Position numbers and translations under genes: made by a program. Below, one piece after another: positions 1 through 12,675 of a stretch of 64,000 nt of DNA. Numbering within the stretch: position 1 is the stretch's first letter; each line of letters opens with the position of its first letter. Below the pieces are notes generated by a model. The model had not been told where the DNA came from and made no database searches. It worked only from the letters and a program-made list of their open reading frames with translations. Source of the stretch: Squalus acanthias (taxonomy: Eukaryota); NCBI GenBank assembly GCA_030390025.1, contig CM059432.1, positions 52,082,001 through 52,146,000 on the forward strand. The letters are read 5' to 3'.

Positions 1-350
1 TGGCAGCGGTCTCGAGGCACTGGAAATTCCGCTCCCACTTGCCGGCCAGCTAGCACTACCCACTGGGAGACTGACGGAGTCCATGCAGATGAGGCCCGGG
101 ATTTAAAATCTCCCATGCAGGGTCGATGGTTTCCCGTCCACCTCAGCTTCCATCCATACAACTCCTGCCAGGAGTTAAAATCCGTGCTTATCTTTCAGAA
201 GAATCAGAGCAATGTTTTTGTTGTGTTATCCTTTTATATATATTTCTTACAAATCATGGTATGCACATTTAGTCCAATGACTTGTGATCTTTCATGTCTG
301 ATTCATGTCACCTTCTTTCTTTTCAGTCAAACAATTGCCACTTAAACCTA

Positions 351-861
351 TGTGAGAAGTCGCACAACACCAGGTTATAGTCCAACAGTTTTATTTGAAA
401 TCACAAGCTTTCGGAGCGCTGCTCCTTCATCAGGTGAAGTGAAGAGATGTATATAGGCACAGTATATATAGTCAGAGAACACTGCCAGATGATTACAGTT
501 AATCTTTCTAACTGCCCTTTATCACACCTCGGCAGAGAGATAATCACGGCAATCAAAGGTGTGGATGGTGTCCAAACAGGTCAGTCAGGAAAACATTACA
601 TCAAAGACAATGAGGTGGGGTCACAAGGGGTCAAATGTGGCAGATGCTGGAGTCTGTATGGAAAACAAAAAACTTTTTTTGCTGGAAATCACAGCAGGTC
701 CGGCCGCATCTTGTAGATAGAACAAGCCAACGACGACTCGAGTCTGGATGACTCTACGTCAGGTGGGGTTACATGTAGCGTGACATGAACCCAAGATCCT
801 GGTTGAGGCCGTCCTCATGGGTGCGGAACTTGGCTATTAGTTTCTGCTCGATGATTTTGCG
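351..861 (-). mobile_element. Penelope-like element (family A), 5'-truncated: end of GIY-YIG ORF, 3' UTR and terminal repeat
   Basis: Homologous to 19333-20080; flanked by direct repeat TTAAACCTA (342-350, 862-870); contains hammerhead motif. Confidence 0.85.
401..437 (-). ncRNA. Minimal hammerhead ribozyme (PLE family A)
   Basis: Minus strand UCAC-CUGAUGA-A-GGAGC-agc-GCUCC-GAAA-GC-UU-GUGA: core, helix II, helix I (UCAC/GUGA), palindromic AAGCUU helix III. Confidence 0.8.
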
Positions 862-2439
862 TTAAACCTAGGCAGTAAGGCTTCAAAACTAAGGTTTGAA
901 CTGACCTTTGACCTCATTTTTTCCATCAAGCCTGACTACTTGTGGCCATTTAGAGCATTAACTGCACAGTCCATACAGAATAGTCAAGACAAATGGTATT
1001 TAGTCACAGTGCTGACTACAGAATTATCACCCAAGACATAATGAGGGAGAAATTTGATTTCTACCTGAAACAGGTGCGGAGTCAGCGAGGCGGCCTCTGC
1101 GCCTGCCCAAGGCCAGCGTTTGGGGTTCTTTTAAATGCTGCCGGCGAGCTGTGGGCACCAAACTGGCGGCGCCACTGCAGCTGGGAGGGCAGGAAATCGT
1201 CCCGTTCCCAGGCTGAGGCGACCAGTAGTTGGTGTGGTGGGGAGACGATTGCGGGAGCAGGGGGCCCTCAAACGGCACACCCTCTGTCCAAAAGTACTTG
1301 AAATTTGCAATTGAGGAGCCAGAATTGCATATTTAAGCAGCCTGATGCCTGTTTCAGGCAGGCGGGCTGCTCAATCATTTACAGGTCCGCCTGAAAATTG
1401 CATAGGGCAAGTGTTGGGTGCCAATGGGGTGGCCGAGGTGCTCCCCAGCCCCAGGCGAGAAACAGGCGGCCGTGAGTTGACAATCTGCTTCAACATTTCT
1501 CCAAATGAGTCTCATACGTTCCTCTGTTAAACTGGATATTGAAATGTGTTATTTACCAAGGCAAACAGTGCGTTGAATTTTAAGACCCAGTTTACCTGAA
1601 TGCATCTTTTGAATAAAACAAAGTGGATGTGCAAAGCTGTATGTTCCTCGATTCTGAATTGAAAAGAAAATACAAAAGTAGTATTTTATCTTTATAGATA
1701 ATCTGATTGTTTTAGTTATTGCAAGTTACTAATCTCTGGAGGTTCTCAAAGGCACCTGGCACCATCTGCATAAATGCCAATGATATCAGTCTCTGCTTGG
1801 AGACTTATGCTTAGCTAACGTGAAAAATGATGATGCAAATCATTGCTTAGAAACATCATGATGTGGTTTCCAATATGTCATCCTTCTCTCTCTAGGCTAA
1901 TAACAGATTTATGCGGATGAAATCACCTCTCTGCTGTAATTGTTTGTAGTGTTGTGCTATTAGTATTCCAGATATATATGTCAGGCAAATATTACAACGT
2001 TGCAGTTATTATCATTTTTAATTTTCCTTTGTCTCTTGTGATTATGCTTTAGATTAACCATGTATGAATGATCCTTCATCAGTCACTGATTAGTGGCAAG
2101 TCATTATACAACCTAGTATTGCATTTCTTGTAAGTGTGACTCCAGATAGATCTAGTTTATTAAGCTATATTTGCTGCACCTGATTAACTCAATGAGTGAT
2201 AAGTGTACTTGTATTTCACTTTTTTTAAGTACTACATGCCTCTCTCTCTTTACGTATAAGATAACACTTGGGTTGGAGTGTGTTATCATTGTACGAGTCG
2301 AGATCATGGCCTAGAAAATCCATGGGGGCGCAACCCTGGCAGTTATGCCTGGATTACACCCACCAAGGAATTCCACTGCTGGTAGAATGCCTTCTAAGAG
2401 GTGAGATGCCAATATATTGTGTGTCATGCTACTTTTCTT

Positions 2440-2865
2440 TAATTCATTCACGGGATGTGGGCGTCGCTGGCAAGGCCAGCATTTATTGCCCATCCCGAAT
2501 TGCCCTCGAGAAGGTGGTGGTGAGCTGCCTTCTTGAACAGCTGCATTCTGTTTGGATTATAGTTTTTCGTAGCGGTTTGATACAACTAAGTGGTTGGGAC
2601 ATTTCAGAGGGCAGTTAAGAGTCAACCACATCGCTGTGGAGAGCAGATTTCCTTCCCTAAAGAACATTTGTGAACCAGTTGGGTTTTATGACAATCTGGT
2701 AGTTTCATGGTCACCATTACTGATACTAGCTTTTTATTCCAGATTTATTTAATTAACTGAATTTAAATTCCCCAGCTGCTGTGATGGGATTTGATCTCAC
2801 GTTTCTGGATTATTAGTCCAGGCCTATTGGATTACTAGTCCAGTAACATAACCACTATGCTACCC
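2440..2865 (-). mobile_element. tRNA-derived SINE with LINE-derived 3' tail
   Basis: Minus strand starts GGTAGCATAGTGG (A-box-like); tail matches 3' end of LINE at 26595-27250 and fragments at ~6460-6540, 36545-36610, 53575-53690. Confidence 0.7.
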
Positions 2866-3330
2866 CACTATTATATAATATTTGCCTCTGTTACTGGGTG
2901 AGAATGTAAATAAAGTTAGCAATTACACAAAAAAGGATAGTTGCTGGATAGTGGCAGCACACTGCCAAACATTCCTTCCAAAACTCCATCATTGCTGAAA
3001 AGCCTATTGCCATCTCCCTCACACTGGGAAATCTCTGCCAGTACGTGCCCATTAGTGGCATTTCTCTGGGAGCACACACACATCACATCCACATGTTAGA
3101 AACTGCCAAAGTATACGGATGGGCTGAAATAGGTCATTGGCAAAAGCACAAAATAAGCAACAGTGAATCGGCAGCCAGCTTTATACTGCGCCCGATTTTA
3201 CTTTCCATTGACTTCAAAATAGGCTGTCGATTCACTATCGCCTGTTTTGCGCTTTTGTCGAAGATCAAATTTAACCTCTGACCAGTCCACATCCCTCCTT
3301 GAGCTTGCAATCCAATACAGCAGGCATGTA

Positions 3331-3896
3331 GGGATGAATTTTAACACCAAAAATGGGTGGGTTTTGGTTGGATCAGATGTTAAAATTTAAAAAAATCTCA
3401 AACCCGATCCGCCCGCCTCCGGGTTTAACAGAGGTTGGACAAGGGGCGGGCAGCCAACCCGCTCCCAGGAGGCGGGTTGGCAATTTGAATATTTTAATGA
3501 GGCTGGCAGCCTCTGATTTAACAGTGGTCGGCCGGGTTTCCCAGATCTCAGGAAACCCGGCAGCTGAAGGGAGGCGAGGACAGCTTCGGGGAGAAGAAGT
3601 TAAGTGCCTTTGCAGCATTGCTTGTGAGCCAGGAGGAGCAGGAGTGCTTACCCTCACCCCCAGTCAGACCCCTCCATACAAAGACCTCCAGGGTCGGGGA
3701 TCGGGCCTACCTGCTCCTGCAGCCTGCTCTGGAGTGCTCCCTGCCCAACTGGAAGCCAAGCCTGTCAATCAGGCTGACTTCCGGGCAAGGAACCTGTCGA
3801 AGATAAAAGATGCATGCTGTGGAGTTAAAACTCCAGGTTCCCCATCTGAAACTCCGCACCTCCTGCCTACGTAACCTGCCCGTTAATATCCAGTCC
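3331..3896. mobile_element. Non-autonomous Harbinger-type element
   Basis: Imperfect TIRs GGGATGAATTTTAAC / GGACTGGATATTAAC; colinear paralogue at 30413-31046. Confidence 0.7.
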
Positions 3897-4119
3897 GTTG
3901 ATTCTGCTGGTAGTGCTGGTTTGTTGCACACCTCTGAATATTTACGTGTCAGCTATTTGTGTGCCCCACAAGAAGTGTATCCTACAGCTTTTCTGTGTAG
4001 AAAAAGTGAAGATTGTCTCCATGCTTTGCATGCTACCTCCTTGAGGGTGCTACAACTTTAGTTTGGCACTGGTGAACTATGTTGCAACAGCAAAATAGTG
4101 TGTGCAAAGTTTGGTAAAT

Positions 4120-4290
4120 TTACTTTGGCACCCCTCCTGAAATCACAAAACTTCTTTCTCATTTGTGCCTGGGTTCTACGGACTCTAGGAACTCCATTTA
4201 GTATCCCTGCTATTTCTATGCAAGCTGCTTTGACCTCTGCTTTGACCAAAGGATGACCTGCTGCTCCAAAGTGGGTGATTCTCCTTTGCT
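4120..4290 (-). pseudogene. Degenerate Harbinger Myb/SANT exon 1
   Basis: ACIEIAGILNGVPRVRRTQAQMRKKFCDFRRGAK resembles WREVAQSVSSRSMVPRTHTQCRKKFNDLTRVVR of the 46 kb gene and ends at a GT at the equivalent position. Confidence 0.6.
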
Positions 4291-4311
4291 CCAACCGCAC
4301 TGCCGCTCCCC

Positions 4312-4342
<31 letters not shown>

Positions 4343-5664
4343 AACCCCCTGCAAGACCTCCAAGGCATTAAATGGGTAAGTTCTCCCCAGATTCCTGCTT
4401 CCAGACATTTTTTGTTGCACGCAGCTCTGGCAACTTTTCCTACAGCTGATTACTATTCTTTATTGGAAACAAACTTTGGCTACTACAACAACTTACTTCC
4501 TTTTAAATGGTGAGCTGCTGGCTTACCAGATTTCACACCTCCCAGGCAATCATGCTGCTGGCCAGACTCCCTGCACCTGGTTTTCATGCACAGGGAGCCT
4601 AGTAAAATGAAGAGGGTGGAGGTGAGGTGGTGGTGGGGAGGGAGTGGGGGGTGCGGGCAGGGGTGTCAGCCATGCAAAATTTATGAGTCCAACCCTCTTT
4701 GCTACTAGCAATGCCGTCCATGTGCCACAACATTCTGCTTGATTCTGCCAACATCACAAAATTGTGTCTGAGTTTTTACCTATTTCAGGATAATTTAAGC
4801 TTGGAGAATGGAGTGACATTGGCCATATGTCAACCACAGAAAATTTTTATTCTTGATTCAAATATATATGCTATGAATTTGCAGGCAGATGCCATTTTAT
4901 TTCTATTATATCTATGATATACAGCTAGTGAAAGGTGACAGATGGTTTGAAACTGCAGTGCACTCATTTTTAGGTACAGAAGAAAAACATGAAAACATAT
5001 TTTAATATACATACTCCTTGATATAGAACATCACACAAACATTCAAATGCAGTCTTCTTGGCACTTTTTAGTTCATTTGGTTTGAATTTTCTAATTATTT
5101 AGTGTACTGACATCTGACAGGTGCCAGCCTGTAACAAGAATATGAATGAATAATGTAACTGAAAAGCTTCCCATGCTATGCCCCATGCATACAAAAGACT
5201 CTATTTAGTTCAGTTATTAAACTTCATGTTCAAGAAACTTTGAGGGAAGAATTGCATCATTAAATTATGTAGAATTAAAGCATAAAATAGCAATCTAGAC
5301 ACTTGTGGGTTCAAAGGAAACACAGTGAGAGCAACATTTTCCTTGCAGGTGCATTCACAATATGCCTGTGGAGAGCGGTGCATATATTTTTTTTGATTTG
5401 GGTATAAGCTACACTCAATTTTCAGAGCTATCATGTACCCATATGGACAGACAATGCAGAAATTGTAAATTAAATATATTTAAGTGGGCATATAATATTG
5501 TGTTGCTTGTGCGCACTTCTTCCCATCAATTGCTGTATATGTTTGCACTTTTAGTCTGGGGTGGGGGGTCTGTGTCCAGCCAGCACATATTGAAATAGGG
5601 CTAAATATTTTTTGAAAATGGGGTATTTGTGGGATAACTGAGTTCCTATTCATCTTGGACTCAT

Positions 5665-6150
5665 TGGGGTAGTATTTGGACCATGTTGCACCCTTTTTAT
5701 GGGAATACAATGAGACCTAATTTCGGGGATCAACGTCCTGTGCTCCAAAGACACCTGGAAGACGTCCAATCCGATATTGGGTTGGGCCATTATTCAGGTG
5801 CCTGGGGCGGCCCCTAAAATAGGCGTTAGGCTTTTTGAATATGCTAATAAGAGACCTGTTTTAGGACCCCTCAGGAAAATTGGACTTCCCTGAGCAGGGC
5901 CGGCTCATGTTTTCTATGCTTGGATGCAGCCTAGAAAGCGACTGCCGCTATAAAGGTCAGTGTTTTTTTAAGTTTGATGTGGAACCAGGAGGTGCAGGAG
6001 ATCACCTCCCAGCTCCACAGCACTCCCAAGGTCTGCTCCTGGCCCACGGTCGGTCCCCTCCTCTTCTCCTGCCTCCCAACGGGAATTACCTTTGGGTTGC
6101 TGCCGTTGACACAAGCGGTCCGACATCGATCTTTTCAAGGAAAGTGTTGT
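5665..6150. mobile_element. Degenerate non-autonomous DNA element (related to 29801-30390)
   Basis: Shared blocks AAAAYAGGYGTTAGGCTTYTTG and TGTTTTAGGAC in both; boundaries approximate. Confidence 0.5.
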
Positions 6151-6914
6151 TCTGTAGGAAAAACTGTCAACAGTGATTTTATTGGTCCTGCCTTATGTTT
6201 TAGGTGTTTTTTTTTATTTTCACTTTTATTCATTTTTTTTTTCTTTTCTGGTCTCTTTTGAAGACATTCTTGCTCAGGGCAAGAGAGCATGACTGCCAGC
6301 AGCCCAAGTGACCATTTTTCATTCATGTGCTGAGACAATGAGTTGACTGTGGAGGGATTCATATGTACAGTACAATTTATTACAAGTTTGAAGAATGACA
6401 CATTTTAGATTAGATGTTTTGCTGATTCACAAAAAATAAATTCATGTTATGAATAAACCTTCTCAAGGGCAATAAGGGATGGCCAATAAATACTGGCCTT
6501 GCCAGCAACGCCCACATCCCACAAACGAATAAAAAAAAATAAACATACAGCCAATCCTGTAATCGCCTGATATCTACACATGCACACTATTCACCAGGCA
6601 TTAATAGATAATGATAATGATTAGCAATGGAACTCCTAACTGACTTACTCCTCCCTCGCTATGTACACACCAACTCCTCCCCTGACTGAAATCTTGGCTG
6701 AGATTGAGCCTGGACCCTTCTTGAGTGACAAGTGTTTTGTTTTGTATTTTGGGAATTGTACTGTTCGAATATTATTGCTGGTGCAATAAGTTAGAAGCAA
6801 TATGCAGCATAAAGCTACAAGTGTTTTGCAACTGACAGCCATTTTAGCGGAAGTGGAAACAATTCCCATCAACATGTACAGATCTCTGCTTCATTGAAAA
6901 ACAAAATTAGTGAA

Positions 6915-7377
6915 ATTCGGCCATCATGCCAAAAGCTATCCAATTATTTTTTCCCCTTCAAGTATTTATTCAATTCCCTTTTGAACGTTATTATTGAATC
7001 TGCTTCCACCACCCTTTAGGCAGTGCATTCCAGATCATAACAACTCGCTGTGTAAAAAAATGTCTCCTCATCTCGCCTCTGGTTCTTTTGCCAATTACCT
7101 TAAATCTGTGCCCTCTGGTTACCAACTCTTCTGCCACTGGAAACAGATTCTCCTTATTTACTCTATCAAAACCCTTCATGAATTTGAACACCTCTATTAA
7201 ATCTCCTCTTAGCCTTTTGCTCTAAGGAGAACAACCCCAATTTCTCTAGTCTCTCCACATAACTGAAGTCCCTCATCCCTGGTATCTTTCTAGTAAATCT
7301 CCTCTGCACCCTCTCTAAGGCCTTGACATCCTTCCTAAAGTGTGGTGCCCAGAATTGGAACACAATACTCCAGCTAG
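6915..7377 (-). mobile_element. CR1 LINE 3' fragment
   Basis: VFQFWAPHFRKDVKALERVQRRFTR and FFTQRVVMIWNALP are CR1 ORF2 C-terminal motifs. Confidence 0.9.
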
Positions 7378-7548
7378 GGTTCGCACAGGTTGCAGGCTTC
7401 CCCCAATTCCAGGGTCTCATTGACTACACCTACGTCACGCTGCAGGCTCCTTCAAATGACCCAAACTGCCTTCAGGAATCACAAGGGTTTCCCCTCCATT
7501 AATCTGCAACTGGTATGTGATCACCAGCAGCACATCATGCAGATCTGG
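7377..7548 (+). pseudogene. Harbinger transposase fragment (frameshifted)
   Basis: GFAQVAGFP..GLIDYTYVTLQAP..FRNHKGFPSINLQLVCDHQQHI aligns by eye with GFARVAGFPMVQGAIDCTHVALRAP..FRNRKGFHSLNVQLVCDHRQVI at 43.7 kb. Confidence 0.8.
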
Positions 7549-7611
7549 GGTGTCAGTGGATCAAAGCAAGCTGGGCTATTTTCTGTTGGTGAACCTCGTT
7601 TTTAACTTCAT

Positions 7612-7878
7612 ATGACAGACAGAAAGAATTCAAAGGTTGTAATCTCTGGATTACTCCCGGTGCCACGTGCTAGTGAATATAGGAATAGGAGGATAGAGCA
7701 GATGAATGCGTGGCTAAAGAGTTGGTGCAGGAGGGAGGGCTTTAGTTCCCTGGATCACTGGGTCTGCTTCTGGGGAAGGTGGGACCTGTACAAGTCGGAC
7801 GGGTTGCACCTGAACCGGAACGGGACCAACATCCTTGCGGGGAGGTTTGCTAGTACTGTTGGGGGGGGTTTAAACTAA
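7612..7878 (+). pseudogene. CR1 ORF1 C-terminus, SGNH esterase domain
   Basis: KVVISGLLPVPR...NAWLKSWC...DGLHLN (DxxH block V). Confidence 0.85.
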
Positions 7879-9557
7879 CTTGGCAGGGGGATGGGATATG
7901 GAGTGGAGCTACAATAGGGGGTGAGGCACAGCCAAATATAGAGGGAAAAACAGGTCAGCCTGGAAGGCAGAGCAAATATGTAACGGCACAAGGGAGTATG
8001 GCAAGGCTGGATGGCATTTATTTTAATGCAAGGAGTCTTGCGAGTAAGGCAGATGAATTGAAGGTGTTGATGAACACATGGGAGTATGATATTGTTGCTC
8101 TCACAGAGACATGGTTGAGGGAGGGACAGGACTGGCAGCTTAATATTCCGGGGTATAGAATCTTCAGGCGAGACAGAGGGGGGTGTAAGAGGGGGTGTCG
8201 CAATATTAATCAAGGAGTCAATTACTGCGGTAAGGAGGGATGATATCTTAACAGGTTCCTCTAATGAGGCCATATGGGTAGAACTTAAAAACAAAAAGGG
8301 GGCAAACACTTTGCTGGGAGTGTACTACAGGCCCCCAAACAGTCAGGGGGAGATAGAGGAACAGATATGTAGGCAAATCTCAGAAGTGTAGAAATAATAG
8401 TAGGGGATTTCAACTTCCCCAATATTAACTGGGATAGTCAGAGTGTGAAAGGCTTAGAGGGTGCGGAATTCTTAAAGTGCATCCAGGAGAGCTTTTTGAG
8501 CCAGCATGTAGAAAGTCCTACAAGAGAGGGGGCGGTACTGGACCTAATTCTAGGGAATGTAGCCGGGCAAGTGGTAGAAGTGTCAGTAGGAGAGCATTTT
8601 GGTGACGGTGACCATAATTCGGTGAGATTTAAGGTAGTCATGGAAAAGGACAAAGATGGATTGGAAATAAAGGTTCTAAATTGGGGGAAGACCGATTTTA
8701 ATATGATAAGGCAGGATCTGGCCAAAATGGACTGGGATCAGCTACTTGTAGGAAAATCAACATCAGAGCAATGGGTGTCTTTCAGAAAGGAAATAGAGAG
8801 AGTACAACGCCAACATGTTCCCGTAAAGGTCAAGGGTGGGACCAACAAGCCCAGGGAACCCTGGATGTCAAGGGAAATACAAGAATGGATTAGGGAAAAA
8901 AAGGGAGGCTTTTGGCAGATACAAAGGACTAAAAACAGTGGAAGCCCTAGAGGAGTATAGAAAGTGCAGGGGGGTACTTAAAAAAGAAATTAGGAGAGCG
9001 AAGAGGGGGCATGAAAAAACACTGGCGGGCAAAATAAAGGAAAATCCCATGGTGTTTTATAAGTATATTAAGGGCAAGAGGATAACCAGGGAATGAGTAG
9101 GGCCCATTAGGGACCAAAGTGGCAATCTGTGTGTAGAGCCGGAAGATGTAGGTGAGGTTTTAAATGAATATTTTGCATCTGTGTTCACTATGGAGAAGGG
9201 TGATGTAGGCATAGAAATCAGGCAGGGGGATTGTGATATACTTGAACAAATTAGTAGAGAGGGAGGAGGTACTAGCGGTTTTGGCGGGCTTAAAAGTGGA
9301 TAAATCCCCAGGCCCTGACGGGATGTATCCCAGGCTGCTGTGTGAGGCAAGGGAGGAGATTGCAGGGGCCCTGACACAAATTTTCAGAACCTCTCTGGCC
9401 ACAGGGGAGGTGCCAGAGGACTGGAGAACAGCTAACGTAGTACCATTGTTCAAGAAGGGTAGTAGGGATAAACCAGGGAATTACAGGCCAGTGAGCCTAA
9501 CATCAGTGGTAGGGAAATTATTAGAAAAAAATTCTGAGGGACAGAATTAGTCTCCAC

Positions 9558-10793
9558 TTGGAGAGGCAGGGAGTAATCAGGGATAGTCAGCATGGCTTTG
9601 TCAGGGGGAGATCATGTCTGACCAATTTAATTGAATTTTTCGAGGGGGTGACTAGGTGTGTGGATGAGGGTAGTGCAGTTGATGTAATCTACATGGACTT
9701 CAGTAAGGCTTTTGACAAAGTCCCACATGGGAGACTGGTCAAGAAGGTAAGAGCCCATGGGATCCAGGGCAATTTGGCACATTGGATCCAAAATTGGCTT
9801 AGTGGCAGGAGGCAGAGGGTGATGGTCGAAGGTTGTTTTTGTGACTGGAAGCCTGTGTCTAGTGGTGTACCGCAGGGATCGGTGCTGGGTCCTTTGCTGT
9901 TCGGAGTGTACATTAATGATTTAGATATGAATGTAGGAGGTATGATCAGTAAGTTCGCAGATGACACGAAAATTGGTGGAGTGGTAAATCGTGAGGAGGA
10001 AAGCCTCAGGCTACAGGACGATATAGACGGGATGGTTAGATGGGCAGAACAGTGGCAAATGGAGTTTAACCCTGAAAAGTGTGAGGTGATGCATTTTGGG
10101 AGGACAAACAAGGCAAGGGAATACACAATGAATGGTAGGATCCTAGGAAGGACAGAGGATCAGAGGGACCTTGGTGTGCATGTACATAGATCCCTGAAGG
10201 CACCAGGACAGGTAGAGAAGGTGGTTAAAAAGGCATATGGGATACTTGCCTTCATTTGCCGAGGCATAGAATATAAGAGCAGGGAAGTTTTGATGGAGCT
10301 GTACAAAACGCTAGTTAGGCCACAGCTGGAATACTGTGTGCAGTTCTGGTCGCCACACTATAGGAAGGATGTGATTGCATTGGAGAGGGTGCAGAGGAGA
10401 TTCACCAGGATGTTACCTGGGCTGGCGTACTTCAGCTATGAAGAGAGACTGGACAGGCTGGAGTTGTTTTCCTTCGAGCAGAGAAGGCTAAGGTGGGACC
10501 TGATTGAGGTGTACAAAATTATGAGGGGCATAGATAGGATAGATAGAAAGGAACTTTTCCCCTTAGTAGAGGGGTCAATAACCAGAGGGCATAGTTTCAA
10601 GGTAAGGGGCAGGAGGTTTAGAGGGGATTTGAGGAAAAACTTTTTCACCCAGAGGGTGGTTGGAATCTGGAACTCACTGCCTGAAAGGGTGGTAGAGGCA
10701 GGAACCCTCACAACATTCAAGAAACATTTAGATGAGCACTTGAAACGCCATAGCATACAAGGCTACGGACCAAGAGCTGTAAAATGGGATTAG
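9558..10793 (+). pseudogene. Open 411-aa C-terminal part of CR1 ORF2 (reverse transcriptase)
   Basis: QHGF..RSCLTNL, YMDFSKAFDKVPH, GVPQGSVLGP, KFADDTK; upstream ORF2 is broken by frameshifts and stops. Confidence 0.92.
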
Positions 10794-10924
10794 AATAGAC
10801 AGGGCTTGATGGCCGGCGTGGACACAATGGGCCGAAGGGCTTCTTTCTGTGCTGTATAACTCTATGACTATGACTCAATTCCATGATACATCATAGACAA
10901 AAATAATTCATTTTTGTCACACCA

Positions 10925-11200
10925 TGCTAAACCATACAGACCAGAAGATTCCAGATTTGATTCCCAGTTTGTGGTTGGGGGTGCTACAATTGACCTCCGT
11001 GCCCCTCTCTAGAGAGGGGAAAAGTCAGCAAGGGTCCCGATCACTATTCGGTGACGCCTCCCAGAAAGTTTGCATCTGTGAATATCAAGTGAAGACAGGA
11101 TTCGGCTCAACTGTAATGCCCTCCATGGTTCAGTGACCTGCTCATTGGCTAGACTCACATATGAAGAGTGGCTACTAGTGCAAGGTACTGGAGGGTCATA
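10925..11200 (+). mobile_element. Old SINE-like interspersed repeat; degenerate copies at ~14510-14820, 33580-33790, 39480-39760, 48900-49090, 57850-58100, 59375-59580
   Basis: Recurring blocks such as GACAGGATTSGGCTCARCTGT and CAGACCAGGAAGGTYCCAGRTT. Confidence 0.55.
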
Positions 11201-12359
11201 ACAGGTTATATTAAGAGGATAATGGGAGAGTATCAGAGGAGCAGAGAACAGAAACACAGCTAATATGCAACTGAAAATAAATCGGCAAAATGAGATGCGT
11301 TGGAACAAAGATAAAATGTAGGCAGGAGAAAGAATAAATTGAGGAGTGGGAGCGTGCAAAGAGAATTGCTATGGAATTCTATGATAAATATACTGAAAAG
11401 ATGAATTCTATTATGAATATGTATTTATTGGCAATTTTCATTACATGCAATATTCTAGACAGTCAAGAGATGGCAGGTAAATTTAGTCTATCAGATGTGG
11501 TTTTGAAGACTTAAAATTTGCATTCTTTTTCTGTAAGAGGAACATACGTCAATACACTTTACAAAGAGTCATAGAGTCATAAAAGAGTCTTCAAAGCAAC
11601 TGTAATATCCCATTTTCTTGAAAAAATAGATTTTAAATGTTATTGCCAGCATTAGCAAAGAGCCAAATATGCTATGTAACTCAAATATCCAGTTTTGCTT
11701 CTGCGATGCTAATTTAGATTATCAACTTAAGTTGCCAAAATGTTTCAAATGCATATATCGCAGGAGCTGAGGGAACTGGACGACTTTATTGAAAATTTAA
11801 ACTTATTTTCCACATTTTACAGTAGCTATAGTAAGAAGGTGGTGTAATTTGTTTTGAATATATGAAAGGTGTTCTCTTACAAATACTCAACGAGATAACC
11901 ACTGCAGGACCTTATCCTGGGCTATTCTTTCAACTCTGAGTACTTTGTACCCCCTTTATTTTTCAGTCGTAGTTCTGTAAAGTGTTGGATCTCTTGGCAC
12001 TGCGGAATCCTTTCAGTTAGTTATTTTGGTCAGGTGGGTGTCAAACAGGCACAAAAATGCATTGCAGTGCTTTTTTTAATTTGTTTCTTGAAACATGGTG
12101 ATTCCAACAAGGCAACATTTATATTCTCATCCCATTGTACTAAGAGCATTAAGATACAAGCATGCAGTGTAGTCTCTTATACGCCAGACTAGATAGAGGC
12201 AGCAGGTTCCCTTCCTGTTGGGTTTTTAAATAAAATCAGAAGCTTTCATGGTAATTTTCTCTGGTGCTAACTCACATATTGCTAAATGTTTGGAATTTAG
12301 TTTTACAACTGGTCATATACTAGATTTTAATGCTTAACCTCTGGGTTTCTAATCTAGTA

Positions 12360-12613
12360 CCATTTAAGACAGAGATGAGGAGAAATTTTTTCTCAGAGGG
12401 TTGTGAGTCTTTGGAACTCTCTTCCTCAGCGGGTGGTAGAAGCAGTCTTTCAATATTTTTAAGGCAGAGGTAGATAGATTCTTGATAAGCAAGGGGGTGA
12501 AAGGTTATCGGGGGTAGGCGGGAATGTGGAGTAATCAGATCAGCCATGATCTTATTGAATGGGGGAGCAGGCTCGAGGGGCCGAGTGGCCTACTCCTGCT
12601 CCTAATTCGTATG
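12360..12613 (+). mobile_element. CR1 3' end inserted in a degenerate copy of the 2.4 kb SINE family
   Basis: FKTEMRRNFFSQRVVSLWNSL and CR1 3' UTR; flanks resemble 2640-2865. Confidence 0.8.
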
Positions 12614-12675
12614 CACCAGAACCAATAGGCTACCATTCTCTTCAGAGCATCCAAACCAAGCTACAGATAATCTAT

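Larger units (their letters stand above)
7612..10877 (+). mobile_element. CR1 LINE, 5'-truncated (~3.3 kb): ORF1 end plus disrupted ORF2
   Basis: Esterase motifs; APE motifs (YFNARSL, DIVALTETWL, DHNSV); RT motifs (GVPQGSVLGP, KFADDT); CTATGA-type tail. Confidence 0.95.

Noticed and set aside
2780..2865. tRNA gene
   Set aside because: Only a tRNA-derived SINE head; no full cloverleaf
3353..3874. 173-aa ORF (also 25847-26374, 30516-30908, 52829-53380)
   Set aside because: Within GC-rich non-autonomous elements; frame not preserved between paralogues; no domain motif
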